Shown piece by piece: positions 63,323-64,000 of a stretch of DNA of 64,000 nucleotides. Below the pieces are notes generated by a model, which did no database searches, had not been told where the DNA came from, and saw only the letters and a list, made by a program, of their open reading frames with translations. The stretch covers positions 3,935 to 67,934 of the IMG/VR virus record IMGVR_UViG_3300033075_000716; one strand, written 5' to 3'. The first letter of the stretch is position 1, and every line of letters starts with the position of its first letter. The position numbers and the translations under genes were made by a program. This DNA comes from a virus. Lineage: Duplodnaviria; Caudoviricetes.

Positions 63323-63613
63323 ATGATGGACGAAATGAACAGCTTCTTAACAGAATCCGAAATCGGCGACCTACAGGAATCTAACTTGAGCCGGAAAACT
63401 CCGTTCGCTATTCGCGGGGTATCGCAAACGCAATTCAGCATTGCCCGGCACTACGGCGGCATCAATTACCAGGGGCAGCCATACACCTACGTCCCTGAGA
63501 CTGACGAACTTATCCGGGATGACGTGCTCAAGTGGGTGGTGAATCGACGCAAGGCCGCGAAGAAAAAGCCAAATGGCGTAGATAAACGGGATCTTTTTGA
63601 GGGCGAGAAATGA
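63323..63613 (+). CDS. hypothetical protein
   Basis: 96-aa ORF. Confidence 0.55.
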   Translation: MMDEMNSFLTESEIGDLQESNLSRKTPFAIRGVSQTQFSIARHYGGINYQGQPYTYVPETDELIRDDVLKWVVNRRKAAKKKPNGVDKRDLFEGEK

Positions 63614-63804
63614 ACATCGACAAAATACTAGAACAGCAAGCCCGCCAATATGAGCGAGCCGTTGAAATCATAGTTGAGGTGATGGCATCGCGAGGATTGC
63701 GCAACGCTGAGCCGTTGGCACGGGCGATCTTGTCCAGGCTCGCAAACGATAACCCGCCGATTCTTTTGGCGTATTGGGACGAATTGAGGGAGGACAATCA
63801 ATGA
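63610..63804 (+). CDS. hypothetical protein
   Basis: Coupled 64-aa ORF. Confidence 0.5.
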   Translation: MNIDKILEQQARQYERAVEIIVEVMASRGLRNAEPLARAILSRLANDNPPILLAYWDELREDNQ

Positions 63805-64000
63805 TCTGCGGAAAATGTCTCGACATCGAGGCCGAAGCCATTCGCATGGCCGGCGAAATCGCCCGACTCAAGGCGCTCAACGAATCCCTTGCCGCGGCAA
63901 TTCTCGTGGCGTCCGAGGTGTTGGGAAAGCTCGCGGTGAGGTTCATGGCAGTGCTCGAAGAGATAGCCACTGACGACAACGGATCGGCAACGGTGGCAGA
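63801..64000 (+). CDS. hypothetical protein, 3' partial
   Basis: RBS GGAGG, ATG 63801, open to the end of the window. Confidence 0.5.
   Translation, partial: MICGKCLDIEAEAIRMAGEIARLKALNESLAAAILVASEVLGKLAVRFMAVLEEIATDDNGSATVA

Overview
The window is most of a roughly 60% GC tailed dsDNA phage or prophage genome. Exported-protein and cytochrome-c-type cargo suggest a Planctomycetota host, but that is inference. The order is: MazG-like gene, terS/terL, a Mu-gpI-like protease/scaffold, decoration and lambda-E-like capsid genes, neck and tail genes, a displaced tail chaperone with a -1 frameshift site, a portal fused to a pyrophosphatase-like domain, a 1370-aa polyvalent protein, an intein-containing MuF, tail fibre/lysis/cargo genes, a regulatory region with an integrase remnant, and recombination/replication genes. 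The most notable locus is 28745-30290. There, a stand-alone 188-aa RAMP/Cas7-like gene and a 147-aa partner are interleaved with three non-coding arrays of phased 5-nt GGY-NN units, next to a divergent ribbon-helix-helix regulator. This looks like an RNA-guided system with a non-contiguous guide code and matches my recollection of the recently reported VIPR systems. The second highlight is a MuF intein whose endonuclease is encoded entirely on the opposite strand, with its own candidate leaderless promoter. Also seen are a repeated TTGYACGC late-gene motif, xLS motifs that delimit modules of head proteins, two tRNA-like elements, two CxxCH proteins and a matrix-metalloprotease-like candidate lysin. 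All family calls come from motifs read by eye; no database search was run.
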